This document shows, piece after piece, positions 9,401 through 18,664 of a stretch of DNA of 57,986 nt; the first letter of the stretch is position 1, and the number at the start of each line of letters is the position of its first letter. This DNA is from a virus (taxonomy: Duplodnaviria > Caudoviricetes). The DNA lies in the IMG/VR virus record IMGVR_UViG_3300043451_000103, positions 1-57,986 of that record. The stretch is one strand, 5' to 3'. The notes below the pieces were generated by a model. The model was not told where the DNA came from and did not search any database. It saw only the letters and a list, made by a program, of their open reading frames with translations. Position numbers and translations under genes: made by a program.

Positions 9401-10116
9401 AGGGGTTATTTAATGGTAGACAGTCTAGAGGTATAGAAATTGCTATTAACCAAGAAAAGGTAGATAACTATAGGGTTATTGCAATGCAATGTTTTGCAAT
9501 GTATGACGATGACTTCTTCCCATATAGTCCTACCGAAATATTTGAGATTGTATCTAATAATCTACATCTAAAATTCTATTTACAGGCAACACATCCAGAT
9601 GGTCTTCGTGGAAAAATATATGCAATCAACACCAAGACTGGACAGGTTGAAAATGGAATTGGATACTATATTAATGGCAATATTGTAAAAGACCCAGTGC
9701 TTACTATTAAGCAGTGGGCTGCCATTGGTATTGGTTTTGCAAATTATTTGGATTGTAGCTTAATTGGAGGTGCCCTAAGAATAACTGGACCACTAATGAT
9801 TAACAATATATCTTATTACAATTCGTCAAGACTGCAGCAGGTACAAAGAATTTCTGCAAGGCCATGGTTCAGCGTTAGAGAATCTGGAAGAATAAAGTTT
9901 GACTGGGTTGACTGGAAGGGAATCTTTAGATGGTTTGAGGTGCTGGTTTTGTCTAGCAAGAACTTCTACGGTGTTGATCCTTCTGATATTTATGCTGCTT
10001 ACGTTGGGTCTTCTAAAATAACTGTAGATGACAAATCAATTTTAAGGTTATTCAGAAGCAAATATAGAGTCATCTCAAACTCTGTAGCACAGCTTTTTAC
10101 TATTAATTCTGTTTAA
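6454..10116 (+). CDS. Large virion structural protein with LamG/concanavalin-like segment
   Basis: 1220 aa; SEHPLGHWPLQD N-terminus, YTFEAWIK, VTLLVNGE; sits upstream of the portal gene. Confidence 0.55.
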   Translation: MTTSLSLYSSKILSEHPLGHWPLQDKADYVSMLSKTKSDLSGWTKVSSDTDVSLVSASDAPMSSESVFKISTHNLGSSSIKTVTVLSDTISDFSQLDSFLSTFTLSTFLYSYAENTQSVSIGFVYDDPTYGTARVSKRFTMPFGNKWVFLSETFDRPYNLSSEFKLFIEIEFLSNNTTDEVSFLINGLSLGQWSEEFNSTSTGIIPEEVIENIYSLGPNTKAVKLLASAESTKDGYSICKGTNILGKKNGIPMTYGSEASFQISPNTTGKPSVVIPGLGFLNKSGANRNYTFEAWIKVDHSQDSEFRIVGPVASDDGLYVDGPFLKLRIGDLHTSHYVGEWYRPMLVHITISKDSVTLLVNGEIVGTISISNVSLQFPDEVLDGIEQDWIGIYSNSKMSIFEINAVSIYTYVVSNTIAKRRWIYGQGVENPESLNVAYGGKSIAVDYQFAKYSSNYSYPKIGAWSKGLSNNLATSGDYLKIPSYKGMSIISASATQEAILKEMLNVQNETEKFIKLPENSYGYYENLDILPDGIESLHVVYKTMSNITKQETLLELKDKLTGDYLSVKLFDGNIKYSINILGKTSTLIETIAYVHGEQFAIAIHLKRMAQYFGNEVALFLSKYKTLSLYLGGTGNNDTFSGNIYSVSFSNLHATEKLSEYFAPNGLVWDAETIQNATGEYDAGMYSTTFWEFLLDGGNPAQHANSGLIQTSYASYKVSPYADKSTLYLDGFVNGSWTSSIPLSYFGKYSNTQSGKKTYDLDFIQFNISYPSPASSVAITESDAAWSYQDLSLKFAIPSQKRYSDLDNHLYTGYVDYTDLQHNTRQTYKFDTSRSIIKTYIFFKDNAIVDNFSSKYYSNIISAPRDGVIQPGSEWVNTKYEVVDNMIIYPPANVKFENINIYTEIVVSVDKISEKPIAINGLELSSVVLDNNIRTPIGTKYGIDIYPFTENGFYYDYKSKNPFSIYKGSTPYLYLTKTSGIKLKGLFNGRQSRGIEIAINQEKVDNYRVIAMQCFAMYDDDFFPYSPTEIFEIVSNNLHLKFYLQATHPDGLRGKIYAINTKTGQVENGIGYYINGNIVKDPVLTIKQWAAIGIGFANYLDCSLIGGALRITGPLMINNISYYNSSRLQQVQRISARPWFSVRESGRIKFDWVDWKGIFRWFEVLVLSSKNFYGVDPSDIYAAYVGSSKITVDDKSILRLFRSKYRVISNSVAQLFTINSV

Positions 10117-10134
10117 TATGGTATACTAGTGGTT

Positions 10135-10515
10135 ATGAAAAGACAAAAACCACGATTTCCTGGTCAGGTTGGAGAAACCAAGGTACAGGTCATACAAGAG
10201 AATTTTTCTTTATTTGGAACATATGTTTGGATGAAGCCAAATGGAAAGCCATTTACAGATGGAAGCGGTAATGCCCTATCTATTGAAGGCATGAAAGATG
10301 ATAAAGCTAGAATTAAAGAGTTAGCTGATGCTGCAAAATATTGGGGGCAGCCAGAAGGTCGTGCCGTATTCTATCCAAACATGCGAAAGATTTCAGACGA
10401 AGAACACTCTGAGCAGGTAGACAGAATGAACCAGGGGCTTATTCCATCAATGAATGACCTAGGTGCACTTATTGCTGCAAAGAAAACCCTTGATACCTAT
10501 GGAGACGTTGAGTAA
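10135..10515 (+). CDS. Hypothetical protein, probably leaderless
   Basis: ATG 10135 lies 7 nt after TGGTATACT with no SD (track start is GTG 10129); coupled to portal by TAATG. Confidence 0.65.
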   Translation: MKRQKPRFPGQVGETKVQVIQENFSLFGTYVWMKPNGKPFTDGSGNALSIEGMKDDKARIKELADAAKYWGQPEGRAVFYPNMRKISDEEHSEQVDRMNQGLIPSMNDLGALIAAKKTLDTYGDVE

Positions 10516-12158
10516 TGTCAGATTATGAAGAAGTAAAGTATATCCATGCATCTCTTCAGGATGCTGAGACAGAGCAGGATCTATTTAAAGATCATGACCC
10601 ATTTATGAAAAATTGGGATGAACTAAAAAATTACTCTGGCCTAGAAAAGAATTTTAAGCGTCGTACAGAAAGACTTTCAAAGTCAACTGATGTGCTTATT
10701 GAAAATAGAACAGTAAATACTGGTATTGATATTAATGATTTGGGATATCAGGATAGTGCTCTTGCGGTAAATCGTGGTAAAGATGATGCTCGTTCAAAGG
10801 TAATTAACCCAGGGCGTGTATATCGTAATGGCTATGGAATGTTTGATGTCATCACTCCTCCGTGGAACCTGTACGAGCTAGCAAACTACTATGATACATC
10901 ATTTGCTAATCACGCAGCAATTGATGCCAAGGTAGAAAATATTGTTGGCCTAGGCTACGACTTTGAAGTTTCAAAGAGAACAATGATGTCACTTGACGCA
11001 CATCCAAACGAAAGTGCAAAAGAAAAAGCACAAAAGCGTATTGAAAGAATGAGGGTAGAGCTTCGTGATTGGCTAGAAAGTCTAAACCTGGACGAGTCAT
11101 TTACTGAGGTAATGTCAAAGGTAATGACAGATTATGAGTCTACTGGAAATGGATACCTTGAAATTGGTAGAACAGTTAAGGGGGAGATTGGTTATGTAGG
11201 TCATATCCCATCTACAACAATGCGTGTACGTCGTTTGCGTGATGGATATCTTCAGATTATTGGCAATAGAATTGTTTATTTTAGAAATTTCCAGGCAACT
11301 AACCCAAACCCAATTACTGCAGATCCACGCCCAAATGAGATTATTCATTTTAAGTCATACTCTCCACTAAACACATTCTATGGTGTTCCAGACATTATTT
11401 CAGCTATTTCAGCACTTCAGGGAGATATGCTTGCATCACAATACAATATTGATTACTTTACAAACAAGGGTGTGCCACGTTATGTTGTAACTCTTAAGGG
11501 TGCTAAGCTTTCTGAAGATGCAGAAGACAAGATGTTTAGATTCCTTCAGACTAGCCTAAAGGGTTCAAACCACAGAACACTATACATTCCACTTCCTGGA
11601 GATTCAGATACTAACAAGGTAGAGTTTAAGATGGAAGCTGTAGAGACTGGTACACAGGAAGCATCATTTAATGAGTACCGTATTCGTAATCGTGATGATA
11701 TCTTGGTAGCTCACCAAGTTCCACTATCTAAGATTGGTGGTGGAGATTCTGCAGCAATTGCTGCTGCTCTAGCACAGGATCGTACTTTTAAGGAACAGGT
11801 AGCTCGTCCTAGACAAGATGCTATGCAAAAGATCATCAATAGACTTATCCGTGAAAAGACAGATATCCTTGAGTTTAAGTTTAACGAACTTACCCTTACT
11901 GATGAAATTGCACAGTCTCAAATTCTTGAACGATATGTTAAGAACAAGATTATGGTTCCAGATGAGGCACGTGAAATTCTTGGAATGCCTGCTCGTCCAG
12001 ACGGTGATGGTGGCAAGCCTTTGGAAGTAAAGCCACCAGAAGCACCTAATAGTACTGGAAATGATGCCAGAGATGCACAGCGTGCAAATAATGCATCAGA
12101 TAGTCCTGCAACAATTGCAGGTAGAAATCCAAAAGGTGAAGGAAGAGCTAGTCAATAA
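10515..12158 (+). CDS. Portal protein
   Basis: DYESTGNGYLEIGR, NEIIHFK, YGVPDI, YFTNKGVP, ILVAHQVP motifs of PBSX/HK97-type portals. Confidence 0.92.
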   Translation: MSDYEEVKYIHASLQDAETEQDLFKDHDPFMKNWDELKNYSGLEKNFKRRTERLSKSTDVLIENRTVNTGIDINDLGYQDSALAVNRGKDDARSKVINPGRVYRNGYGMFDVITPPWNLYELANYYDTSFANHAAIDAKVENIVGLGYDFEVSKRTMMSLDAHPNESAKEKAQKRIERMRVELRDWLESLNLDESFTEVMSKVMTDYESTGNGYLEIGRTVKGEIGYVGHIPSTTMRVRRLRDGYLQIIGNRIVYFRNFQATNPNPITADPRPNEIIHFKSYSPLNTFYGVPDIISAISALQGDMLASQYNIDYFTNKGVPRYVVTLKGAKLSEDAEDKMFRFLQTSLKGSNHRTLYIPLPGDSDTNKVEFKMEAVETGTQEASFNEYRIRNRDDILVAHQVPLSKIGGGDSAAIAAALAQDRTFKEQVARPRQDAMQKIINRLIREKTDILEFKFNELTLTDEIAQSQILERYVKNKIMVPDEAREILGMPARPDGDGGKPLEVKPPEAPNSTGNDARDAQRANNASDSPATIAGRNPKGEGRASQ

Positions 12159-12230
12159 AAAATATGCTATAATATACTAAATGTTATAAATATGTAATAT
12201 TGCAAAAAAAGGCTCTATAATTATACTACG

Positions 12231-13520
12231 ATGACTATTTCTAAGGCTCAATGGACTACGGACGGAAATGATATCCGTCTGTCAATGCCACTATCTAAGG
12301 TGGATCAAGAAAAGCGTATTGTCTCAGGTTTTGCAACTCTAGACAACATTGATAAGCAGGCTGACATCGTTACACCAGAAGCCAGCATGAACGCATTTAA
12401 GAAGTTCCGTGGAAATATCCGTGAGATGCACCAGCCAATTTCAGTTGGTAAGATGGTCTCATTTAAGGAAGAAAAGTATTTTGATCCAGAAACTAAGAAG
12501 ATGTATAATGGCATCTATGTTTCTGCATATGTATCAAAGGGTGCTCAGGACACTTGGGAAAAGGTTCTTGACGGCACCCTTTCAGGTTTTTCAATTGGCG
12601 GTAGAATGAACAAGTGGGACGATGCCTACGATGAAAAGATGGATTCGCCAATTCGCATTATTAAGGATTATGATCTAGTAGAGCTATCTCTAGTTGACAA
12701 CCCAGCAAACCAGTTTGCAAATATTCTATCTGTACAAAAGGCTGATGGCTCAGAAGGTGCATCTGGAATTGCTGTTGACACAGTAATTGAAAATGTATTT
12801 TATGACAAGGAAGCAGGAATTGTTCTGCTATCTGAAAATGAAACATTGTCTAGTCCAGTTTCTGGAGAGCCTATGCAGAATATTGGTTTTGTTGAAAAAG
12901 AAGATAATGAAAAAGTAGACATGATAAAGTTCTTAGTTGATAATGCTAAAGGCATTAATCTTTCTAAGATGACAAAGGAGGTAAGTCCTATGACTGAAGA
13001 AACAACAGTTGCAGCAGAAGATGCTGTAGTTGCAACATCAGAAGAGGTCGCTCCAGAGGCAACAAAGGCTGAGTCAACTCCAGATGACGAAAATGCAGAA
13101 AAGGCTATGAAGCCACATGCAGATGAGGAGACTCCTGCCGAAGATGCTGGCGAAACACCAGCTACTGAGGAAGAGGAAGACAAGGCTAAGAAATCAGATG
13201 ATGTCGCAGACATTTCAAAGGCAGTAGCTGAAATGAAGGACTCTGTAACATCAGCCTTTAGCGATCTTGTATCAACAATCAAGTCAATGAAAGAAGAAAT
13301 CTCTGTATTGACAAAGTCACTAGATTCAGTAAAAAATGAGGTAGCTGAATCAAAGGGTGCATTCGATGAGTTTGGAAAGAGAGTAGACGCAGTAGAAGCT
13401 GACACTGCTTTCCGCAAGTCTGGCGATATCGGTGATATCGTGCAGGAACAGCCTGAGATACAGGTTGAAAAATCAATATGGGGCGGACGTTTCCTCAAAA
13501 CTGCCGATCTATTTAAGTAA
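12231..13520 (+). CDS. Capsid maturation (prohead) protease fused to scaffold
   Basis: IREMH, GTLSGFSIGG, LVELSLVDNPAN; acidic/coiled-coil C-terminal half. Confidence 0.88.
   Translation: MTISKAQWTTDGNDIRLSMPLSKVDQEKRIVSGFATLDNIDKQADIVTPEASMNAFKKFRGNIREMHQPISVGKMVSFKEEKYFDPETKKMYNGIYVSAYVSKGAQDTWEKVLDGTLSGFSIGGRMNKWDDAYDEKMDSPIRIIKDYDLVELSLVDNPANQFANILSVQKADGSEGASGIAVDTVIENVFYDKEAGIVLLSENETLSSPVSGEPMQNIGFVEKEDNEKVDMIKFLVDNAKGINLSKMTKEVSPMTEETTVAAEDAVVATSEEVAPEATKAESTPDDENAEKAMKPHADEETPAEDAGETPATEEEEDKAKKSDDVADISKAVAEMKDSVTSAFSDLVSTIKSMKEEISVLTKSLDSVKNEVAESKGAFDEFGKRVDAVEADTAFRKSGDIGDIVQEQPEIQVEKSIWGGRFLKTADLFK
12990..13520 (+). CDS. Putative nested in-frame scaffolding protein (176 aa)
   Basis: Strong SD AAAGGAGGT (12974-12982) 7 nt before in-frame ATG 12990 (MTEETTV...). 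Confidence 0.65.
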   Translation: MTEETTVAAEDAVVATSEEVAPEATKAESTPDDENAEKAMKPHADEETPAEDAGETPATEEEEDKAKKSDDVADISKAVAEMKDSVTSAFSDLVSTIKSMKEEISVLTKSLDSVKNEVAESKGAFDEFGKRVDAVEADTAFRKSGDIGDIVQEQPEIQVEKSIWGGRFLKTADLFK

Positions 13521-13543
13521 TACATCACTTAGGAGGTGACAAT

Positions 13544-14680
13544 ATGTCGGAAGAAATTAAGAAAAACAATCCAGATGCAGCAGGAGCTGATTCTGGTCTA
13601 TTTAATGGAGAAGGTGCGTTCGCATCAGGTTCATCAGCTGGAGCTAACATCCCAGGCAACTACCGTAACGGTGCTGCTGTAGGAAACATTCCAACTGCGA
13701 ACTTTGGTGTAACCACAGGACCTAACGCAGTAAATCCTTCAGGTGATGCTGGCAGTGGTATCCTGCGTCCTGAACAGGCACGTCGTTTTATCGACTATGT
13801 TTGGGATGCGACTGTTCTTGCTAACGATGGTCGTCGTGTAACAATGAGAGCAAACACCATGGAACTTGAAAAGGTTAACGTGGGTGAGCGTGTTATTCGT
13901 GCTGCTACTCAGGCAAATGGTGACTACACAAACACTGGTGCAACATTCTCTAAGGTTGAGCTAACTACCAAGAAGATTCGTCTTGACTGGGAAGTCTCAG
14001 CTGAAGCTCTAGAAGATGGTATTGAAGGTGGTGCTCTTGAGGATCACCTAGTACGTCTTATGACAAACGCTTTTGCAAATGACATTGAAGATCTTGCTAT
14101 CAACGGAACTGGCGACAGTGACGATGGTGCGTTCCTTGGAATCATGAATGGTTTCTTGAACAAGGTTAAGACTGATGGCGATGCTCACGAAGCTGTTGTT
14201 ACAGTAGCTGACAACGCATGGACACCAGAAGTTATGCAGAAGATTATCCTTGCAATGCCACGTAAGTACCGTGCACTTAAGAACAACCTTAAGTTCTACG
14301 CTGGTACTGACGCATTCCAGGGAATCGTTAAGCACAATGGTACTCTTGCTGACGCTATTGCTGAAGCATTTGCTGGCACACCAGCAGGTACACCTGCAAA
14401 CCGTCAGGCATACCTAGACGGTAATGGTCAGACATTCGGTGGTGCTCGCACTACTCGTGTTCTTGGCGTAGACGTTCAGGAAGTTCCTTACTACCCAGAA
14501 GGTTACGTTGACCTTACATTCCCTCAGAACCGTGTTTGGGGTATGCAGCGAGACATCACTGTAAACCGTGAATACAAGCCAAAGAAGGACACAATTGAAT
14601 ACACCGTATTCGTTCGCTTTGGTATTCAGTGGGAAGAGCAGGACGCAATTGCGTTCGCTGACGCTGCTGCAGATGCATAA
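13544..14680 (+). CDS. Major capsid protein (HK97 fold)
   Basis: SD AGGAGGT; GILRPEQARRFIDYV, EALEDGIEG, FANDIEDLAING; follows protease gene; biased codon usage. Confidence 0.93.
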   Translation: MSEEIKKNNPDAAGADSGLFNGEGAFASGSSAGANIPGNYRNGAAVGNIPTANFGVTTGPNAVNPSGDAGSGILRPEQARRFIDYVWDATVLANDGRRVTMRANTMELEKVNVGERVIRAATQANGDYTNTGATFSKVELTTKKIRLDWEVSAEALEDGIEGGALEDHLVRLMTNAFANDIEDLAINGTGDSDDGAFLGIMNGFLNKVKTDGDAHEAVVTVADNAWTPEVMQKIILAMPRKYRALKNNLKFYAGTDAFQGIVKHNGTLADAIAEAFAGTPAGTPANRQAYLDGNGQTFGGARTTRVLGVDVQEVPYYPEGYVDLTFPQNRVWGMQRDITVNREYKPKKDTIEYTVFVRFGIQWEEQDAIAFADAAADA

Positions 14681-14700
14681 TCTGTAAACAGTACCTTTTT

Positions 14701-14736
14701 AGGGGGCAGGGGCATCCAAGCTCCTGCCCCTTATCT
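14701..14736 (+). terminator. Stem-loop terminator after capsid gene
   Basis: GGGGGCAGGGGC-ATCCAA-GCTCCTGCCCCT; weak U-tract. Confidence 0.65.
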
Positions 14737-14746
14737 CATATATTAA

Positions 14747-14755
14747 TGTTATAAT
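14747..14755 (+). promoter_or_regulatory. Extended -10 promoter
   Basis: TGTTATAAT immediately after the terminator. Confidence 0.55.
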
Positions 14756-14780
14756 ATAACTAGACAATCAAGGAGGCATT

Positions 14781-15239
14781 ATGTCTGAAGATATCAAAAA
14801 TGAAGATGTAGTCCCAGCATCAATTGAAGCAGGAGAGCCAATCGTTGCACCTGAAGTTGCTGAAAAAGCAGCTGAAGTAATCGCAGAGATTGTAGCAGAA
14901 GCTAAGGTTGAAGAAGCACCAAAGCCAGCAGAAGATGTAATCACAGGACCAAAGGGTTCAGGTACAGGAGAAGCACAGGCACTAGGTTCAGTTGCTGATG
15001 GCGTTATTGGAACTGGAAAGGTTGCCAAGAAGGCTGCTGCTCCAAAGGCACCAGTAAAGCCACTAGCCGTTGAAGATACAGTAGCTATCTACTCAACACG
15101 CAACATGCACTGGGAAGGTGTTGGAAAAATTTCCAAGGGATTTAACATCGTATCAAAGGAAGCTGCTGAGAAGTGGCTTACTAAGGGCAACATCCGTTTG
15201 GCAGATCCAAAGGAAGTCGCTAAGGGGTACGGCCTATAA
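14781..15239 (+). CDS. Hypothetical virion-associated protein (Ala/Glu/Pro-rich N-terminus)
   Basis: SD AAGGAGG; lies between capsid and adaptor genes. Confidence 0.65.
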   Translation: MSEDIKNEDVVPASIEAGEPIVAPEVAEKAAEVIAEIVAEAKVEEAPKPAEDVITGPKGSGTGEAQALGSVADGVIGTGKVAKKAAAPKAPVKPLAVEDTVAIYSTRNMHWEGVGKISKGFNIVSKEAAEKWLTKGNIRLADPKEVAKGYGL

Positions 15240-16144
15240 TGGAAGTATTGAGGGTTCCACCATATCCACTAACAACAACATGGGATCTTCCAGATCCTAA
15301 TTACGGCTATATCGTATATGTTGAGGATTTGGTGGACCACTCAATCGAAGAAACAACTGTCACATCAGATTCAAATGGACGAGTAGTTTATACACTACCT
15401 CTGACAAAAGTTCAGTTCGATAGACAATTCCTTATTAGATTCTACGATGCTGAACACGAACATGTTATTTATGAATCTAACCTTGACATCATTAGACCAT
15501 ATACTGATCCAAATAAGCTGGGTACAACAGCATCTGAAATTGCAGAATATAAGACATATGAGCTAATTGCAAGATCAATTATTGATACTTACACAGATGG
15601 TGGTTTTTATAACCACAAATCAATCTATCAAGTTTCTGGAAACGGTGCAGACTATATGCCAGTATGGCGAGATGCAAACCGTGTTCTAAAGGTATACGAA
15701 AACAATGTTCTTGTTTTTGACATTGAGTCAACCACAAATGAATATACATATAAAGTAACACTAGATAACTCTGCAATTCATAGGGTTGAGACTGGTGCTG
15801 TAAATTCATTGCAATCGCCTACAATTAAGTTCCCTATGGCAAGAGGAGATATTGCTTTTGGAATTTCTAATGCTGGAACATTCCCAGCAGGATACGACTA
15901 CCTATTTGTTCTTGACGAAGGTTTCCGTGCTATTCCACCAGATGTTGAGGCTGCAACAAAGATGCTCATTGATGACATTAAATGTGGCAAGCTTGAATAC
16001 TATCAAAATTATGTAAAGAATTACAATACTGACCAATTTAGAGTTCAGTTTGCTGATAAGCTACACGAAGGAACAGGTAACGCAATAGTAGACAAAATAC
16101 TTGAAAAGTATAAAAAGTCTATTTATAAAGTTGGAGTCTTGTAA
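15239..16144 (+). CDS. Head-to-tail adaptor
   Basis: Synteny; IARSIIDTYT and GFRAIPPDVEAATKMLI motifs. Confidence 0.65.
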   Translation: MEVLRVPPYPLTTTWDLPDPNYGYIVYVEDLVDHSIEETTVTSDSNGRVVYTLPLTKVQFDRQFLIRFYDAEHEHVIYESNLDIIRPYTDPNKLGTTASEIAEYKTYELIARSIIDTYTDGGFYNHKSIYQVSGNGADYMPVWRDANRVLKVYENNVLVFDIESTTNEYTYKVTLDNSAIHRVETGAVNSLQSPTIKFPMARGDIAFGISNAGTFPAGYDYLFVLDEGFRAIPPDVEAATKMLIDDIKCGKLEYYQNYVKNYNTDQFRVQFADKLHEGTGNAIVDKILEKYKKSIYKVGVL

Positions 16145-16593
16145 TGGTTGCATGTGAAAAGACAAACTACATGTTCCCAATGACAGCTGAGGTTTTCTAC
16201 CCAACTGTAGAACAAGGTGCCTATGGAAATGTCAAGAAGACTTGGATTCACAATAAAACTATTGCTTGCTACTTTGCTTCAGCAGCAGGGGCATCCAAAG
16301 AAGAAGTAGTACCAAATGTGAATATCACTAAAGAGCTACTTCTTGTTGGTCGTGTAAAATCAGACATCAGAATTAATTCACAAGAAGATGGACAAGCGAT
16401 TACAAACATCGTAGTCTCTAATATCAAGGATAATCTTGGCAATAGAGTGTACATTGAAACATCTGGTGTTCGTGATTCTAAATCAACTATTTTTGAAATT
16501 GCATCACAAGAACCTATTTTTGGCCCATTTGGCAAGGTTGAATACTATAAGGTTGTGTTACGCAGATCAGATAACCAGGCGGTAGACATCTAA
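16144..16593 (+). CDS. Head closure/stopper protein
   Basis: Synteny, size, beta-rich sequence. Confidence 0.5.
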   Translation: MVACEKTNYMFPMTAEVFYPTVEQGAYGNVKKTWIHNKTIACYFASAAGASKEEVVPNVNITKELLLVGRVKSDIRINSQEDGQAITNIVVSNIKDNLGNRVYIETSGVRDSKSTIFEIASQEPIFGPFGKVEYYKVVLRRSDNQAVDI

Positions 16594-17273
16594 TGGTTTT
16601 AGCTGTAGAGTGGAATGACAGAAAGTTCATGTCTGAAATGAACAATCTAATTGAATACTCAATAGGATTTATTGATGGTATTGATAGAGGAAAGCCAGCA
16701 TTTCTGAATAGTCTTGGAAAGGCTACAATAGAGTCTTTAAAAGATTTTATTGACAGTATGGCTAGAGTAGATCAAAGAATGCTACATCACGTATATGAGT
16801 GGAATAGGGTTGGAGATCCATCATCTAGATTGTTTAGTTTAGACTATTCTTTGTCAAATGGTGGCTTGTCTATTGGTGCAACCTTTACACAGTCTAAAAT
16901 AGCCTCACAAGGCTCCACAGAACCATTCTATGACAAAGCAAGAATTATGGAGCTTGGCATCCCAGTAACAATTAAACCAAAGAAAAATGTTTTAGCTTTT
17001 AAAGATGGAGAAAATACGGTTTTTACTAAAAGGCCAATAACTATAAATAATCCTGGTGGAGAAGAATCTCAACACGGTCTTGAAACCACACTAGATACAT
17101 TTTTTAATAGATATTTTTCTCAACTATTTTTAGATAAAAGCGGCATTTTAAAATATCTAGAAACTCCAGCAATGTATCATAAATATCTTCAAGGTGGCAT
17201 TAAAAGTGGAGGAAGGTCTGCAGGACTTTCTGCAGGATATAGATGGATTTCACAGGCAGGAGCTGATAAATAA
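16593..17273 (+). CDS. Neck/tail completion protein
   Basis: Synteny; KARIMELG..VTIKPK motif. Confidence 0.5.
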   Translation: MVLAVEWNDRKFMSEMNNLIEYSIGFIDGIDRGKPAFLNSLGKATIESLKDFIDSMARVDQRMLHHVYEWNRVGDPSSRLFSLDYSLSNGGLSIGATFTQSKIASQGSTEPFYDKARIMELGIPVTIKPKKNVLAFKDGENTVFTKRPITINNPGGEESQHGLETTLDTFFNRYFSQLFLDKSGILKYLETPAMYHKYLQGGIKSGGRSAGLSAGYRWISQAGADK

Positions 17274-17878
17274 TGGCTATATATTACCCACCAGCATTTA
17301 TTAATGCATATTTGGCAGAAAAGGTGCCAGCAGAATTAGGTACTGATAGATTCAATAATGGACTAATGAAGTTTTTCCCAACTAGCCCAACAGATATTGA
17401 GGCACTAACTGAGACATTTCCAGATGCGTCTGCAAATGTATTTGCAGTATTTGACAGAATGCTTAAAATGAGGAAAAATGCTTTTCCACATATTAAGTCA
17501 GAACAGCTTTTGTATTATTTTTATAAAATGGCAGGGGATCCAGTAGATCTTATAGAAACCACACAGGTAGTTCAAGACCTGTTAGATAGGGAAGATGAGT
17601 CTGCACAAGATATAAACAATTGGATAAAAACATTACCAGCTGGAACCCCAATCCAGCGTAAAGATGATCAAGGTAATTTAATGTGGCAAGATGAACAAAA
17701 AACTGTCCCATTATTGAGAAATACAGTTCACATTCTAGGTACAGACTTTTTGCCAGTGTTTTTCCACAAAATTCGCATATATCAGCTAGAAGAAACCAGA
17801 GATTTAATTGATTTTGGTACTGCTAGAACGTATGCAGGAAATAAAATAATTATTGATTACGATTGGCATAAATCATAA
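17273..17878 (+). CDS. Putative tail terminator protein
   Basis: Position directly upstream of the tail tube gene. Confidence 0.45.
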   Translation: MAIYYPPAFINAYLAEKVPAELGTDRFNNGLMKFFPTSPTDIEALTETFPDASANVFAVFDRMLKMRKNAFPHIKSEQLLYYFYKMAGDPVDLIETTQVVQDLLDREDESAQDINNWIKTLPAGTPIQRKDDQGNLMWQDEQKTVPLLRNTVHILGTDFLPVFFHKIRIYQLEETRDLIDFGTARTYAGNKIIIDYDWHKS

Positions 17879-17954
17879 ACAGTCATAAATGGCTGTATAC
17901 TATAAGTGAGGAAACGAAGCCCACTTATTCCATAAGAAATAAGAGGTGAAAACT

Positions 17955-18593
17955 ATGGCATATACACGTGGTACAAGTGCGAACATCATCGTTGGTGCAG
18001 CTGCCCTCTTCACATACGAAGATGGTATTCTAACCGATGCAGATCTTCCAGCTTACGAAGCTAACACATCATATGTAGAAACTCTACAGGATGGTGCAAA
18101 CGCTGGCAATGGCTGGACATCTAACGATGGATTCCGCAACGTTGGTTATACTGCTAACGGTCTTGAACTCCAGTTCCAGCCTGACTTCGGTGAAGTTAAG
18201 GTTGACCAGGTTCTTGACGTTGCTAAGCTTTACAAGCAAGGCATGCAGGTTAACATGAAGACTACATTTGCTGAAGCTACACTAGAAAACCTTCTCTTTG
18301 CTCTCGCAAGCAAGGACACCAACTTGACTTCAGGTTCTGGTCTCCAGACTCTGAACCTGTCAGCTGGTGAACTTGGTGAGTGCCCAGTAGAACGTGGTCT
18401 AGTTGCAGTTGGTCCTGGTACAGGAGACTGTGCAGCAAATGAGCAGAGAATCTATGCAGCTTACCGTGCACTCTCAATTGAGAATGTTACAGTATCTGCA
18501 AAGCGTGACGAAGCTACCCAGTTTGAGGTATCTTTCCGTCTGCTACCAAACGACAACGCATCTTACGGCAAGATCGTTGACCGTACATTCTAA
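17955..18593 (+). CDS. Major tail (tube) protein
   Basis: SD GAGGTG before ATG 17955; NIIVGAA, VGYT..GL, VDQ, TTFAEATLENL motifs. Confidence 0.88.
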   Translation: MAYTRGTSANIIVGAAALFTYEDGILTDADLPAYEANTSYVETLQDGANAGNGWTSNDGFRNVGYTANGLELQFQPDFGEVKVDQVLDVAKLYKQGMQVNMKTTFAEATLENLLFALASKDTNLTSGSGLQTLNLSAGELGECPVERGLVAVGPGTGDCAANEQRIYAAYRALSIENVTVSAKRDEATQFEVSFRLLPNDNASYGKIVDRTF

Positions 18594-18612
18594 TAATTTA
18601 ATATAGAGAATT

Positions 18613-18650
18613 TGTCCCCTTGGAAAAGTCCAGGGGGACATTTTCTTTTT
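18613..18650 (+). terminator. Rho-independent terminator
   Basis: TGTCCCCTTGG-AAAAGT-CCAGGGGGACA followed by TTTTCTTTTT. Confidence 0.85.
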
Positions 18651-18664
18651 GCTATAATTAAATG

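Noticed and set aside
12800-13528. 242-aa Ser-rich minus-strand ORF, and other minus-strand or nested ORFs in the track
   Set aside because: These are antisense to well-supported genes, with no RBS or recognisable motifs; they are explained by codon bias.
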